DNA of 64,000 nt from an uncultured Pseudomonadales bacterium (GCA_938091935.1 CALKNV010000035.1:684-64683), one strand, 5' to 3'. Shown: positions 29,163 to 39,908, counted from the first letter of the stretch. The notes: a model not told the origin generated them from the sequence alone. Translations and numbers: made by a program.

Positions 29163-30209
29163 CTAAATTTTTACGATCATCTTGCCAAAGTTATCGCCGC
29201 TAAACAGGGCGAGAAACGCATCAAGGGCTTTATCCAGGCCTTCATAAACTGTTTCCTGGTATTGGATCTTGCCATCCTGAATCCAGCCTACCATTCTTTC
29301 CAGAAATTCCGCTTGCAACTCACTGTGGTCAAAGACGATAAAACCGTTAATGCGAATCTTTTTGCCGACGATCAGCATCAGGTTGTTTGGCCCTGGTGCA
29401 GGCTTGGCATCGTTGTAAGCTGAGATCATGCCGCAGGCCGCGATGCGGCCAAACGGATTCATCACGTTCAGGGCAGCTTGAAGGTGCTCACCCCCCACGT
29501 TTTCAAAATACACATCGACTCCGTCCGGGGCTGCTTCTGCCAGCGCCTTGGTCAGGTTTCCGCAGGTCTTGTAGTTGATGGTGGCGTCGACGCCACATTT
29601 ATCTTTCAGCCATTGTGCCTTGCTGTCACTGCCTACGCTGCCCACTACGCGACAGCCCAGCTGCTTGGCAATTTGGCAGACGATAGCGCCAACCGCACCC
29701 GAGGCGGCGGAAACGAATACGGTTTCCCCCGCTTTTGGTTCACCGAATTTCTTCAGGCCGACATAGGCAGTAAATCCGGGCATACCAAGAGCACCGAGAT
29801 AGAGAGACAGTCGGTCTTTGTCGAAAGGTTGCAAGACGGTGACGGATGAATCGTCGGCCACCAGCCTATCCCGCCAGGCCCCCTGATTCAAAACGATGTC
29901 GCCCACCTTCACCTTGTCAGACTGGGACTCGATAACTTCGCCAATGGCGCCGCCATACATCGCTTTGTTTAGCTGGTAGGCGTCGGCATACACGGCGTTC
30001 TCTCGCATGCGTCCGCGCATGTAGGGGTCTACTGACATGTACAGATTTTTGATCAAAGCCTGCCCCGCGGCGGGAGGTGTCAGCTCGCGCTGGACCATTT
30101 CCACGTCTGCGGCGCTGGGCATACCGGCTGGGCGATTGATTAGATGTATTTCGTTTGCGGTGTAGTTACTCATGTAGTTACTCATGTTGTTTTCTGAAGC
30201 GGTTATCAT
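29163..30209 (-). CDS. NADP-dependent oxidoreductase (medium-chain reductase, YncB/CurA/PTGR1-like)
   Basis: Contains NRPAGMPSAADVEM and VSAASGAVGAIVCQIAKQLGCRVVGS. The start is ambiguous, with candidate ATGs at 30209, 30185 and 30173. The 30209 ATG overlaps the upstream stop (ATGA). Confidence 0.85.
   Translation of the reverse strand: MITASENNMSNYMSNYTANEIHLINRPAGMPSAADVEMVQRELTPPAAGQALIKNLYMSVDPYMRGRMRENAVYADAYQLNKAMYGGAIGEVIESQSDKVKVGDIVLNQGAWRDRLVADDSSVTVLQPFDKDRLSLYLGALGMPGFTAYVGLKKFGEPKAGETVFVSAASGAVGAIVCQIAKQLGCRVVGSVGSDSKAQWLKDKCGVDATINYKTCGNLTKALAEAAPDGVDVYFENVGGEHLQAALNVMNPFGRIAACGMISAYNDAKPAPGPNNLMLIVGKKIRINGFIVFDHSELQAEFLERMVGWIQDGKIQYQETVYEGLDKALDAFLALFSGDNFGKMIVKI
30162..30185. 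repeat. 12-bp tandem duplication (minus strand ATGAGTAACTAC x2) at the 5' end of the oxidoreductase gene
   Basis: Read directly. It encodes MSNY-MSNY and duplicates a candidate start codon. Confidence 0.9.
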
Positions 30210-32233
30210 GTTGTTTGTGGTTTAGCGACTGCGGTGACAAATGTGTTGTTCTGGTGCTGCAGGAACACAATTCCCACCAGCAGGGCTGCGCCCAGAGCAT
30301 GATAATAGATGGGCAGGGGTGTCCACATCAGCAGGAAGGCGCTGACCAAAAGCGCGATTGCTGCGGCGGGAGTAATGCGAGCCTCCAGGTGCCACTGCAG
30401 CAAGCCAGCCAGGGCATAGAGTCCCATACTTGCCCATAGGAACACCTCGATTCGTTCCGGCCAGGTGCCGGAGATCAGGGGCGAATAAGCAAAGAGTATC
30501 GGTACCAGGTACAAGCCCTTGGCGACCTTCCAACTGGTGAGGCCGGTGGGAATCGGTTTGGTGCCTGCGATGCCTGCTGCCGCAAACGAGGCCAAGCATA
30601 CGGGCGGTGTGACGTTACTGTCCTGGGACAGCCAGAAGATAATCAAGTGTGCGCTTAACAGCATGCCAGTCAGCAATTCCGCCGGCAGCATTTCCTGGCG
30701 AATGAGTTGCTTCATTTCCATGGGCATTTCCTGCAGGGCGACTACTGGATCTCCCCCAAACAGGCTGATAGTTGCCGCCACGTTGCTGGGCAGATCTCCA
30801 GCCTGCAGTGCGGCCAACAGTTGGGACTGGCTAATAAGATCAAAAATCAGCGGTGCCGACAGCGTGGCCAGCACGATGTAAGAAGCGGTGACCGGCAATC
30901 CCATACCGAGCACCAGGGAAGCCAGGGCGACCAGGACCAGCGTGATCAAGAGAGAACCCTGCGCCCATTCCACTATCATCAGGGAAAACGCATTGCCCAC
31001 GCCCGTCGTGGTGACCACATTGATCACGATTCCTACGGCGACCAGCAGCAGGGCAGTGGATACCATGTTGCGCACGCCATCAACCACGGCATCGAAGATG
31101 TCCTGCATTTTCATTGGTGTTGAGGAAAGCCAGGATGCGGCAATTACTGCCAGAATGGCAAACGCAGCTGACGAGGTTGGGGTGCGGCCAGAGATGAGAA
31201 ATCCGATCAAGACGCCGAGAGGAATAATAAAATGCCAGCCTTCTTTTAATACCGTGCGCACCGATTCGCTTTCACCATCCTGCACCGGGGTCATACCAAG
31301 ACGCTTAGCTTCAATCCGCACGAAGTAGGAAACCGTAAGGAAATAGAGCAGGGCAGGGAGAGCCGACGCCGCAATCACAGTGAGATAGGAGATCTGCGTA
31401 TAGCTTGCCAGTACAAAAGCGCCGGCACCCATGACGGGGGGCATCAGTGCGCCACCGGTAGAGGCGGCAGCCTCGACGCCAGCGGCAAAGCGCGGAGTGA
31501 AGCCAGACCTCTTCATCATGGGAATAGTGATAACGCCGATGGAAACCGTGTTGGCGACTGCAGAGCCGGTGACTGATCCCATCAGCCCGGACCCAACCAC
31601 CGACACCAGGCCAGCACCGCCAGTGAGACGCCGCGTAAGGCAATTGGCCAGACGTACGATGAAGTCACCGGCGCCTGATTTGAGCAGGAACGCGCCGAAG
31701 ATGATGAACATGAAAACGAAGGTGGAAGAGATATTGGCGGTGAGTCCAAACATGCCTTCACTGGTGAAGTAGCTGCGATACATGACGGTTTCCAGGCTGA
31801 GGCCCGGAAAGGCAAATACGCCGCCGATGTAGCGACCGAGGAAAAGGATATAGGAAAGACTCACGGCAATGAGTGTTGGCATAAACCAGCCTGTGGTGCG
31901 ACGGGTGAACTCCATCGCCAATCCTATGGCAATGATAGAGAACGCGTAGTCGCTCACAATGTATTCTGTTTCTCTCGCATATAGCGCGTTTTCAAATAGC
32001 ACCAGGTACGCGGCAGAGGCTATGGCCAGCAGTGCCAAAACCACATTGATCCAATACTGTGAAGACTTCTTGCCGTCTGACAGGGACTCGTTGGCCATAA
32101 ACATGCAGATGGCGCCAAAGCCACCGAAATGAATTGCCGACAGCCAAAGCTCGGAGATGCTGGCAAACACATTGCAATAAATATGAAACAGGGCGAAAAA
32201 GAATGCCGACCAGCGCAGCCAGGGTGATGTCAT
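30206..32233 (-). CDS. TRAP transporter fused permease (4TM/12TM, TAXI-type)
   Basis: 675-aa polytopic protein sharing an ATGA overlap with the upstream TAXI binding-protein gene. Confidence 0.88.
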   Translation of the reverse strand: MTSPWLRWSAFFFALFHIYCNVFASISELWLSAIHFGGFGAICMFMANESLSDGKKSSQYWINVVLALLAIASAAYLVLFENALYARETEYIVSDYAFSIIAIGLAMEFTRRTTGWFMPTLIAVSLSYILFLGRYIGGVFAFPGLSLETVMYRSYFTSEGMFGLTANISSTFVFMFIIFGAFLLKSGAGDFIVRLANCLTRRLTGGAGLVSVVGSGLMGSVTGSAVANTVSIGVITIPMMKRSGFTPRFAAGVEAAASTGGALMPPVMGAGAFVLASYTQISYLTVIAASALPALLYFLTVSYFVRIEAKRLGMTPVQDGESESVRTVLKEGWHFIIPLGVLIGFLISGRTPTSSAAFAILAVIAASWLSSTPMKMQDIFDAVVDGVRNMVSTALLLVAVGIVINVVTTTGVGNAFSLMIVEWAQGSLLITLVLVALASLVLGMGLPVTASYIVLATLSAPLIFDLISQSQLLAALQAGDLPSNVAATISLFGGDPVVALQEMPMEMKQLIRQEMLPAELLTGMLLSAHLIIFWLSQDSNVTPPVCLASFAAAGIAGTKPIPTGLTSWKVAKGLYLVPILFAYSPLISGTWPERIEVFLWASMGLYALAGLLQWHLEARITPAAAIALLVSAFLLMWTPLPIYYHALGAALLVGIVFLQHQNNTFVTAVAKPQTT

Positions 32234-33300
32234 GGGGTGTTGCTCCCTGCGCTGTTAGCGCGATCCTCTGCTTCGGTGATGAGTAGTCGTTCAGGAATTT
32301 CGAGACCTATTTCGCGATAGTATCGGATTGCACCAAGGTGCAGCGGCGCACCGAGTCCATCGATGGCGATCTCCATACGCATGTCGCGCGTGGCACGATG
32401 GATATCATGCAGCGTAGACAGGTTTTCCCATATTACTTTTGTAATTTTGTATACGGCTTCATCGGGGATATCGACTCGAGTGACCAGGACATTGGGTGAG
32501 GCCACGGTACGAATCAATTCAGATTGATTGGGATAGGTGCCGGGAGGAAACTCATACCAGTCCCACAAGGGATAGCGCGCGTTTATCTGATCCAGTGATT
32601 CCTGGGTCCAGTTAAGAATGGTCATACGGCCACCCATTAGGGCATAGGCCTGGGTGATTGAACTGACCGGCGCGCCCGCCGGAATATTCATGCCTACGAT
32701 ATTGCCATCTTGAATTGCGCCGGTGGTAGGGCCATAGCCCATATAGGCCAGATTAAATTTGCTTTGGTAATCAATGCCCAGGGTATCGAGGATAAAGCGG
32801 CCGGTCTGTTCTGCACCGGAGTTGCGCGCTCCCAATACGTAGCGATCGCCATCCAGATTATTGAGATCCGTCATGGTGCCAGTTTCAGTCAGTTCAGAGA
32901 GCAATACAAAGTGCTCAACGTTTTTCCAGAGGGCGCTGACGCTACGGATATGTGTCTGAGGACTGCTCACCGGACCGTCGCCATCCCAGGACCAGGCCCC
33001 AAAGGGCCCTTGCAGGATGGCGAACTGTGCCTGGTTGTCCCTGAGTAATTTGATGTTTTCAAGTGAACCGGCCGAACTGATGGCAGTCATGGAAATGCCA
33101 TCGCTTTCCGAGAGTTGAGCGTGGGTGATGGTGGCGATGGCGACGCCTACCGGGTAAAAGGTGCCGCCGGTGGTGGCCGTGGTAAGCACATAGGGTCGAG
33201 CCCGGCTTAGCTCATCACTGCAGGCCGTCAACACAACTACGGCGAGTAATGCCAATAGTGCGGGACGCAGGCTTGAACCGTATTTCTTGAATGCGGGCAC
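32230..33300 (-). CDS. TAXI-family TRAP transporter solute-binding protein
   Basis: Lipobox-like VVLTAC, plus TTATTGGTFYPVGVAIA and GSLENIKLLRDNQAQFAILQG. Confidence 0.88.
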   Translation of the reverse strand: MPAFKKYGSSLRPALLALLAVVVLTACSDELSRARPYVLTTATTGGTFYPVGVAIATITHAQLSESDGISMTAISSAGSLENIKLLRDNQAQFAILQGPFGAWSWDGDGPVSSPQTHIRSVSALWKNVEHFVLLSELTETGTMTDLNNLDGDRYVLGARNSGAEQTGRFILDTLGIDYQSKFNLAYMGYGPTTGAIQDGNIVGMNIPAGAPVSSITQAYALMGGRMTILNWTQESLDQINARYPLWDWYEFPPGTYPNQSELIRTVASPNVLVTRVDIPDEAVYKITKVIWENLSTLHDIHRATRDMRMEIAIDGLGAPLHLGAIRYYREIGLEIPERLLITEAEDRANSAGSNTP

Positions 33301-33565
33301 GATGCTGGATTCTTTTTTATTTCTCTCTAACAGACGGGACAGGAGCTGTGGCAGTTAGAAACATCGATCAACTTATTGTTTCGAGATGCTCAATCAGAGC
33401 TATACGCTGCGACGATTAATGGCCTGTCTGGACCCGATTTCCATTCTATTGCCGAATGCAGAAACCGCTTGGATGAAAGCACATTTCCCCGCAAAGCTCA
33501 ATTGGAGCGCAATGGGGAGAGGGCGATGGAAACAGTAGTCCCGGAAGGTGGAGCGGCAGCTATTT

Positions 33566-33811
33566 TCAGCTCTTTTTGCGATCCGCGCCAAGGGTATCCT
33601 TAACAGTGCCTGCCAGCGGCTTTTCCTGATCCAGAACGTCAATCAACTTAAAGGTGCCGCCCAATACGGTTACGCCCAGTGTGACGCCAACGATGAGCGC
33701 TATTCTGAAGAACTGGTGAATATAGATGCCAGTATAGTAGGCGCCCACCTCCGCGATTACATTGACCAGAACGAGACTAACACCAAAGGCGGTCCAGACA
33801 ATTTTCTTCAT
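33566..33811 (-). CDS. hypothetical 81-aa two-TM membrane protein (last gene of the FG-GAP cluster)
   Basis: Internal ATG at 33811, 28 nt after the FG-GAP stop. The N-terminus is MKKIVWTAFGVSLVLVNVIAEVGAYY. The longer track ORF to 33967 would overlap the upstream gene. Confidence 0.45.
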   Translation of the reverse strand: MKKIVWTAFGVSLVLVNVIAEVGAYYTGIYIHQFFRIALIVGVTLGVTVLGGTFKLIDVLDQEKPLAGTVKDTLGADRKKS

Positions 33812-33839
33812 TAAAAGGCTCTTGATGAAGGTAGGTGGG

Positions 33840-35513
33840 TTAATTTGAGAGTAACAGTATTCCCTGAATCTGACTAGCGTCGAAACCGGTGAACACGATG
33901 ACGTCATCAAGCTGATCACTGTTGATTTGGGCAGCGACGAGATCGCCGTTACTGATGTCGCTGCCAAGATCTATACTGACTGCAGCACTTTGGCTCCTGG
34001 CAGCATCTAGATTGGGGTCTCCGTTGAGTGCTACATTATCCAGGATTTCACGTATATCGATTTCATAGTTGTCGCGACTGCGTGAGTAGCCTAGGGCGCC
34101 AAGGAATTCCTGATCCTGGCTTGGTTCGATGCTGTTTAGAAAAACCTGAATCTGATTGTCGACCAGCACCACTAGATCATCTTCCTCGAGGTTGCCTTCA
34201 AGGTCTGCCTCTGTGGTGCGTGCTATGCCCTGATCCTGAACTCCCTCAAGCTCTGAGTTGAGGTTTTCATAAGCATTCGCCAAACGCATGACCGAGGGGA
34301 ATTTAAGGTCAACTGTCACCTTTCGCGAAGGCCTGCGTGCGAATCGTTCTCCGTCATTCGGATAAACAAAGGCTTCGATCGCAACAGACCCCGATAGTGC
34401 CAGCCACACAAAAATATCACCCACCGAAATAGGCTCAACTCGCCAGAGCCAGAGATCCTTGAGTCCGTCTTCGTTCTCATCGTAGAGAAAGGTACTCAGG
34501 ACATTGCCTCCGGAGCGTAAAACCTGGCGTGGCTGTTCGAGATCCATGCCAGTAACGTTGCCTCCGAAAAAAGATACTTTGCCGCCTTCCCGCAGTAACA
34601 GATCATGGATGCCATCGCCGTCTATATCCTCGAGAATTTCTTCATGGGTCAGGGCGAGGACGCCGGTAAGATTGGAAAAGTCGAGAGTGTCGATGTCGAA
34701 GTCACCTAGGCGCTCTTCTATCGCTGCGATGTCCAGCGAATAAGACGGCGAAGCCGGGAAATAGCTGCTGCCTGCTGCCGCCAGGAAAACATCCAGCTTT
34801 TCATCAGTGCGAGAAACCAGGTCGGCATTGCCGTCGGCGTTGACGTCACGCAAGTCCAGCAATGGGATGCGAATGGTTTGGCCTGCAGAACGATTAAAAC
34901 GGTTGATATTCAATTGCGTACGCAGACGTACTTCGGATCGAATGCTAAGAGGTGGTTCGAAATTTCCCGAATCATTGATGAGGATACTGATCTCGCCTGC
35001 GCCAGGAATCACCAGATCCTGCATACCATCGGCATTAATATCTCGCGCAAAATGCAGGCGGTTTACGCCCGAACTGATGAATCCAGGCAAGTCGGATTTG
35101 ATGATCTCTGGCTCTAAAACTGTGCGGTCGGCAATTGGATAGTAAACCGCCTGCTTGCCATCCAACAGGGCAATCACCGTGGTGCTGCCGTTGCTGCTGA
35201 AGCCATTGCTGAGGTCCCAACCTACGGCGCGCGCTTCAAACTGTATGTCGGCAAAGTCGGCGCTAAAGTCAAAGCCGTCGGTAGATTGAAAATAAATTCT
35301 CAGGCGATCGTCCACCAGAGTTGACAGATCGTTCAAGCCATCACCATTAAGATCGGCGACCACCAGAGATTCGGCGCTGGCCGGTAGGCTAAAAGCCTGC
35401 TGATTGAAGGTGGGCGTATCTGCCCATCCCTGTTGGCTGAGGCAACTGCATAGCAAGGCACTGAATAGTGCGATCAGACTTTGTCGGCTTTCTCGATCTT
35501 TACTGCTTGGCAT
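33840..35513 (-). CDS. secreted FG-GAP/VCBS repeat (integrin-alpha-like beta-propeller) protein
   Basis: Signal peptide, then repeated loops DLNGDGLNDL, DINADGMQDL, DVNADGNADL, DIDGDGIHDL and DENEDGLKDL. Confidence 0.8.
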   Translation of the reverse strand: MPSSKDRESRQSLIALFSALLCSCLSQQGWADTPTFNQQAFSLPASAESLVVADLNGDGLNDLSTLVDDRLRIYFQSTDGFDFSADFADIQFEARAVGWDLSNGFSSNGSTTVIALLDGKQAVYYPIADRTVLEPEIIKSDLPGFISSGVNRLHFARDINADGMQDLVIPGAGEISILINDSGNFEPPLSIRSEVRLRTQLNINRFNRSAGQTIRIPLLDLRDVNADGNADLVSRTDEKLDVFLAAAGSSYFPASPSYSLDIAAIEERLGDFDIDTLDFSNLTGVLALTHEEILEDIDGDGIHDLLLREGGKVSFFGGNVTGMDLEQPRQVLRSGGNVLSTFLYDENEDGLKDLWLWRVEPISVGDIFVWLALSGSVAIEAFVYPNDGERFARRPSRKVTVDLKFPSVMRLANAYENLNSELEGVQDQGIARTTEADLEGNLEEDDLVVLVDNQIQVFLNSIEPSQDQEFLGALGYSRSRDNYEIDIREILDNVALNGDPNLDAARSQSAAVSIDLGSDISNGDLVAAQINSDQLDDVIVFTGFDASQIQGILLLSN

Positions 35514-35537
35514 GAGCAGATTATCTCTCTATTTGAG

Positions 35538-37151
35538 TCAGGGCTGCGCCACTAGCAGCGTCGTGGTTCTGCCATGGCGCAGCAGCAGATCGGGTCGGTT
35601 GTCATTATTTAAGCTCAGCACTTCAAACTCGAATACCGTACGGGGAGACACGTATTCCCAGAACGGCTCATCGGCTATCTGCAAATCTGATCCGATTTGC
35701 TTGGCTGCCAAAGTCCCGTTCTCTGTCACATACAGCGCATCATTGGCACCATCGCCGTCCACGTCGTAGCGGAGGGACATCTGCTCGGACAGGCCGCGCA
35801 CGTTTTCAGCGGAGAATGTTTCTTCGAGTCTTGAGTTCGGTCGGCGGTTGAACACCTGGCTAGGCTCGCGGGCGCCGCTGCCATAAAGTAACTGGGTGCG
35901 GTTGATGCTGGCGTTTCGAATCGCATCCACCACCGGAATGGTGTAAAAGTTGGCGTTTAGAACAACCTCACCCTCCGCGTTTTCAATGACCTCAAGATTC
36001 ATGTCGAAACCAGAGAAGCGCATGACCTGATTCGGTTCAGCGAAGTTAAAGCTACCCATCTGATTGAGGTAGAGACGAGCAGTCCAGTCATCTCCGTCTC
36101 CGGAGAGGCGTAATACATCAATTACGCCATCCTGGTTCATATCCACAAGCTGCAGCTCGCCGCTGGAATCCAGATCGCTCTGCCAATTCGGCGTGGAATC
36201 AAATCCGCTGTCAGCCTGTTGAAAGTGGATATTCATTTGTCCCAGGCCATTTTCACCGGCGTTAATATAGGCGATGTCCAACAGCTCATCATCATTGAAC
36301 TGAGCGAGAACAGCGCCAGGCATCCATTGTTCACTTCGTAACAGAGACCCTGACTCCAATTCGGCTTCTCGCCATTGTTCAACAAATCCTTCAAAAGGAG
36401 AGGGCAATTCGACCCTGAGTTCCACCACGACTCCCTGTTCCGGATTAATCCCCAGCCTGCCGTCGAGATCAGACTCGTTGCTGGCGCGTTGAATTGGCGT
36501 AATGTCTTCATTCAGCGTGGTGAATCGGGTCGCCAGGGTGAATGTTTCATCCGGGCCTCCAAAGAACAGCCCATACTCATCATCACCGGCGAGGAGCAGG
36601 TCGACAAAGCCATCGCCATTAATGTCGGTGGGTATATTAGTGAAAAGGGCTTCTTCCAGATCAGGAATCGCGGCAATCAAATCCCATTCCAGCAACAGCT
36701 TGAGGTTGCCGGCATAGCCATCCTGAGCAGTTGACAGACTAAACACGCCGCTGTCGGCGAACAGCACGAGCTCCTTGCCGGGATCGGGCCTCAGGTCAGC
36801 GAAGCCAATGGCGATGATTTCAGTTTTCACCTCAACCCGCTGTGGGGTAGCGGCAAAACTGCCGTCGGCCTGCTGGTGGTGAATGTGAAGTTCGCGACCG
36901 ATGGCTGGATCATAGTGCGAATAGATGATGTCTTTGGCGTTATCACCATTCACGTCTTCCAGCATCATGGGGCGCCAGTTCTCCTCGCGCTCCAATTCGA
37001 ACGCGGCATAGTTGGCATAGGTGGATTGGGCCGTGGCCTCGGCAAGCAGGCCCAGCACTAAGGCTAGACTCAGCAACGTAGTGCTGACTGGGTGCTGGAT
37101 TCTGCCTGGCTTTGTCGTATGACAAATCATGGTTTGCTTGAATGCCGCCAT
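35538..37151 (-). CDS. secreted FG-GAP/VCBS repeat protein (paralog of 33840..35513)
   Basis: Repeated loops DVNGDNAKDI, DINGDGFVDL, DMNQDGVIDV and DVDGDGANDA, with a signal peptide ending AEATAQ. Confidence 0.8.
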   Translation of the reverse strand: MAAFKQTMICHTTKPGRIQHPVSTTLLSLALVLGLLAEATAQSTYANYAAFELEREENWRPMMLEDVNGDNAKDIIYSHYDPAIGRELHIHHQQADGSFAATPQRVEVKTEIIAIGFADLRPDPGKELVLFADSGVFSLSTAQDGYAGNLKLLLEWDLIAAIPDLEEALFTNIPTDINGDGFVDLLLAGDDEYGLFFGGPDETFTLATRFTTLNEDITPIQRASNESDLDGRLGINPEQGVVVELRVELPSPFEGFVEQWREAELESGSLLRSEQWMPGAVLAQFNDDELLDIAYINAGENGLGQMNIHFQQADSGFDSTPNWQSDLDSSGELQLVDMNQDGVIDVLRLSGDGDDWTARLYLNQMGSFNFAEPNQVMRFSGFDMNLEVIENAEGEVVLNANFYTIPVVDAIRNASINRTQLLYGSGAREPSQVFNRRPNSRLEETFSAENVRGLSEQMSLRYDVDGDGANDALYVTENGTLAAKQIGSDLQIADEPFWEYVSPRTVFEFEVLSLNNDNRPDLLLRHGRTTTLLVAQP

Positions 37152-37158
37152 AATGCCG

Positions 37159-38118
37159 CTAGTTGCTGCGGTTAGTTTCTTCTGTCAGTTCACCGACATC
37201 GGTGCTGACATTGATTAGACCGAGAATGCTGTGGGATCGTTCCCCTTCAGTCTGCTGAAAACGGTACAGCGCGAACAGCCATAAATCCACGAGGGTGAAG
37301 CTGCTGCTAACCGGGCTCAGGGAAGATTCGTACTGCAACACCGGTCCTAGCGCTATACGACTAATGCGCCGGCCCGGATTCCAAAGTGCTATCGTCGGAT
37401 TTGTCAGGCGATCACTCTGTAGCACGGTCATTTGTACGGCATCACCTGGCTCAAAATCGCTGTTCAAGCGGTTCACCAGGTCCTGGGCTGAATCCAGGTA
37501 GCGACCGTTAAGCGCGAGGATCAGCGCGTCGGTTTCTATGCCTGCTGCAGGTAAAGGGCTTTCGTCAAAAATCTCGACAACTCTGGCAGCCGATACCATG
37601 CCTCGCTCAGGAACATTGACTAACTCGGTGCGGTACCCGGCGCGGCTGGCAATGGGGTCAACGCGATAGAGTTCCCTTGGCGGGGCGCCAGTGGACCTGG
37701 CTGCAGCGATCAGGCTGGCCTCGAACACTACGGTATTACGCCGAACTTCCAGAGTATATTGATTATCTTCAGCAGGATTCGTCTGCAGAGCAAGCAGGGT
37801 GTCGGGATGGTCGGTCTGGGTGCCGTTTATCCTGAGAATCACATCCCCAACTTCCAGGCCAGCGTTTGCCGCCGGACCATTGGCGTTCACTGCGCGCACT
37901 CGCACGCCGGGTAACGTCTCTACATTAAATAGCGAGTCGCTTTCATTAAGGCTGACATCTATTCCAAAATCCACAGCCGAGTCAGCACTGGTCGAGACCA
38001 GTTCAACCTCTTCGGCAGACAGGGTGATTGCCGGTAGCAGGATGGCGGGTTCATAGCTGACGCAGCTTGCCAGCATAGGCAGAAGCAAGATGAAGCCGAC
38101 GCGGGTAGCAAATTTCAT
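37159..38118 (-). CDS. lipoprotein with two PDZ-like domains
   Basis: Lipobox PMLASC. PDZ signatures are GPAANAGLEVGDVILRINGTQ and SPLPAAGIETDALILALNGRY. Confidence 0.72.
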   Translation of the reverse strand: MKFATRVGFILLLPMLASCVSYEPAILLPAITLSAEEVELVSTSADSAVDFGIDVSLNESDSLFNVETLPGVRVRAVNANGPAANAGLEVGDVILRINGTQTDHPDTLLALQTNPAEDNQYTLEVRRNTVVFEASLIAAARSTGAPPRELYRVDPIASRAGYRTELVNVPERGMVSAARVVEIFDESPLPAAGIETDALILALNGRYLDSAQDLVNRLNSDFEPGDAVQMTVLQSDRLTNPTIALWNPGRRISRIALGPVLQYESSLSPVSSSFTLVDLWLFALYRFQQTEGERSHSILGLINVSTDVGELTEETNRSN

Positions 38119-38121
38119 AAA

Positions 38122-38991
38122 CTAGACCTTGCGCTTCTGTACGATGAGCAGCGAAGCGACCAGTAATAGCAGTAGCGCAGGAAATGGCACCCATTGATTG
38201 AGTTGTAGAAAACGCTCATCCACCAGCACATCGGAATAACCGCGTACCAATCGACTCACGTCCTGCAGGTAAGACTGATCCAGCAGCGAGGGTTGAAAGG
38301 TCGCGTAGAGATAGTAAGCATACTCACCCAGCATTCCCTTGAATACATCCAGCGCCAGACTCAGACCCAGGGCAGAAACCACGGCCTGGGTCGCGGAGTT
38401 GGCGACTACTGAAACCAGGACGCCGAACGCAATCGCGGCGGGCAGAGGAATCAGGGCCAACTGTAATCCCAGCTTGATTTCCGCGGCGATCTCCTCCTCG
38501 CTGATCAATTCGAAACCGTCTTCCACGATCGGGCCAAATTCCCACAAGTTGCCACTCACCAGGTAGCTGGTCGCGATTAGCAGCAGGATAGCCAGCAACG
38601 CCAGCACATGCAGATGTACCAGCTTTGCCAGGACCACGGCGCGGCGACTGCTGCAGCGAATCAACAGGTGTCGTAATGCGCCGCTGTCTCGATCCGTACT
38701 GAAGCTATAGGCGGCCTGCGCAACCAGTAGCAGCCCTAATAGAGTAAGTCCGGTACTCAGGCCATCAACGAAATGGCCGTAGGCATTATTGGCGATCATT
38801 GCATCGAAGTCGCCCTGGCCCAGAAGGCTGTCCCTCGCGGCAGCGCCGGTTTCACTGATTCTTACCACAAGAAATTGCAGGCTAATAAACAGTGCGGGCA
38901 GCAACACCACCAGCCAGGCGCCCAGGGTATAGCGCGCAACCAACAGTTCGCTGCGCAGCGCCTTGATGAATCCTGTTACAGCGAGGTTCAT
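38122..38991 (-). CDS. ABC-2-type transporter permease
   Basis: 289 aa with about 6 TM segments and a large first external loop. It shares an ATGA overlap with the ATPase gene. Confidence 0.72.
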   Translation of the reverse strand: MNLAVTGFIKALRSELLVARYTLGAWLVVLLPALFISLQFLVVRISETGAAARDSLLGQGDFDAMIANNAYGHFVDGLSTGLTLLGLLLVAQAAYSFSTDRDSGALRHLLIRCSSRRAVVLAKLVHLHVLALLAILLLIATSYLVSGNLWEFGPIVEDGFELISEEEIAAEIKLGLQLALIPLPAAIAFGVLVSVVANSATQAVVSALGLSLALDVFKGMLGEYAYYLYATFQPSLLDQSYLQDVSRLVRGYSDVLVDERFLQLNQWVPFPALLLLLVASLLIVQKRKV

Positions 38992-39908
38992 GGATTCGTT
39001 CCCTGGGTGATGCGTCGAAACAGGGAATCAAGCGAAGCGCGTTCAGCGACAATTTCGCTCACGGCAAGTCCCTGCTCAACGAGCTGGCGATTAATGTCGG
39101 CAGGGCCGACCTGGTTCGAACTCACCAGTAGCATGTCAGAGTTGCTGTTCGCCTGCAGACTAAGGCCAGCTTGCTGACCGATGATTTCCGCAGCCCTGGC
39201 ATTGTCATCGGTTTGGATGCGAATTGTGGACTGCACAGAACCCAACAGCCTGGACTTTTCATCATTGGCCGCAATCTGCCCATCATGGAGGATGGCAACG
39301 TGGCTGCAAATATCTTCCAAATAGGGAAGTTGATGACTGGAAAGCAGAAAGCTGGTGCCCCGCTGTTGATTGAGGCTTTTAATCAGCGCCAGTACTTCAT
39401 CCACACCACCTGCGTCGAGTCCATTAAAGGGCTCGTCGAGCAAAATGATTTCAGGATCGGCCAACAGTGCGTGGGCGATTGAAGCACGTCGCTTGTTGCC
39501 CAGAGACAGGTTCCTGATTTTGAAGTTGGAAAACCTGGTGATACCCAACTGGGCTTCAAGCTCTTCGGGTTTTCTGGTCGTGCCTTCACACAGTAGCAGG
39601 GCTTGTCGCAGGCTCTGTCTGACGGTGAGGTTGGGGTTGAGGCTGGGAGAATCGAATATCGCGACGATTTTGCCTTGAGCGCTATGCAGATTGCCTGGGC
39701 TATGGCCGAGTACACTGATTTCGCCGCGGTCGAAATCCTGCAGGCCGAGGATGCATTCCAGGGTTGTAGTCTTGCCAGACCCATTTAGACCAACCAGGCC
39801 ATGAATCGCGCCCGGACGAAGTGTTAGGTCGAGTCCCTTAAGAACCTCGAACTGGTCATACTTTTTATATAGCCCTGTTACGCTGAGGGCAGGGGATTCG
39901 CTACTCAT
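38988..39908 (-). CDS. ABC transporter ATP-binding protein (ABC-2/DRA subfamily with C-terminal accessory domain)
   Basis: Walker A GLNGSGKTTT, signature LSLGNKRR, Walker B ILLDEPFNGLD, H-loop SSHQL. Confidence 0.92.
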   Translation of the reverse strand: MSSESPALSVTGLYKKYDQFEVLKGLDLTLRPGAIHGLVGLNGSGKTTTLECILGLQDFDRGEISVLGHSPGNLHSAQGKIVAIFDSPSLNPNLTVRQSLRQALLLCEGTTRKPEELEAQLGITRFSNFKIRNLSLGNKRRASIAHALLADPEIILLDEPFNGLDAGGVDEVLALIKSLNQQRGTSFLLSSHQLPYLEDICSHVAILHDGQIAANDEKSRLLGSVQSTIRIQTDDNARAAEIIGQQAGLSLQANSNSDMLLVSSNQVGPADINRQLVEQGLAVSEIVAERASLDSLFRRITQGTNP

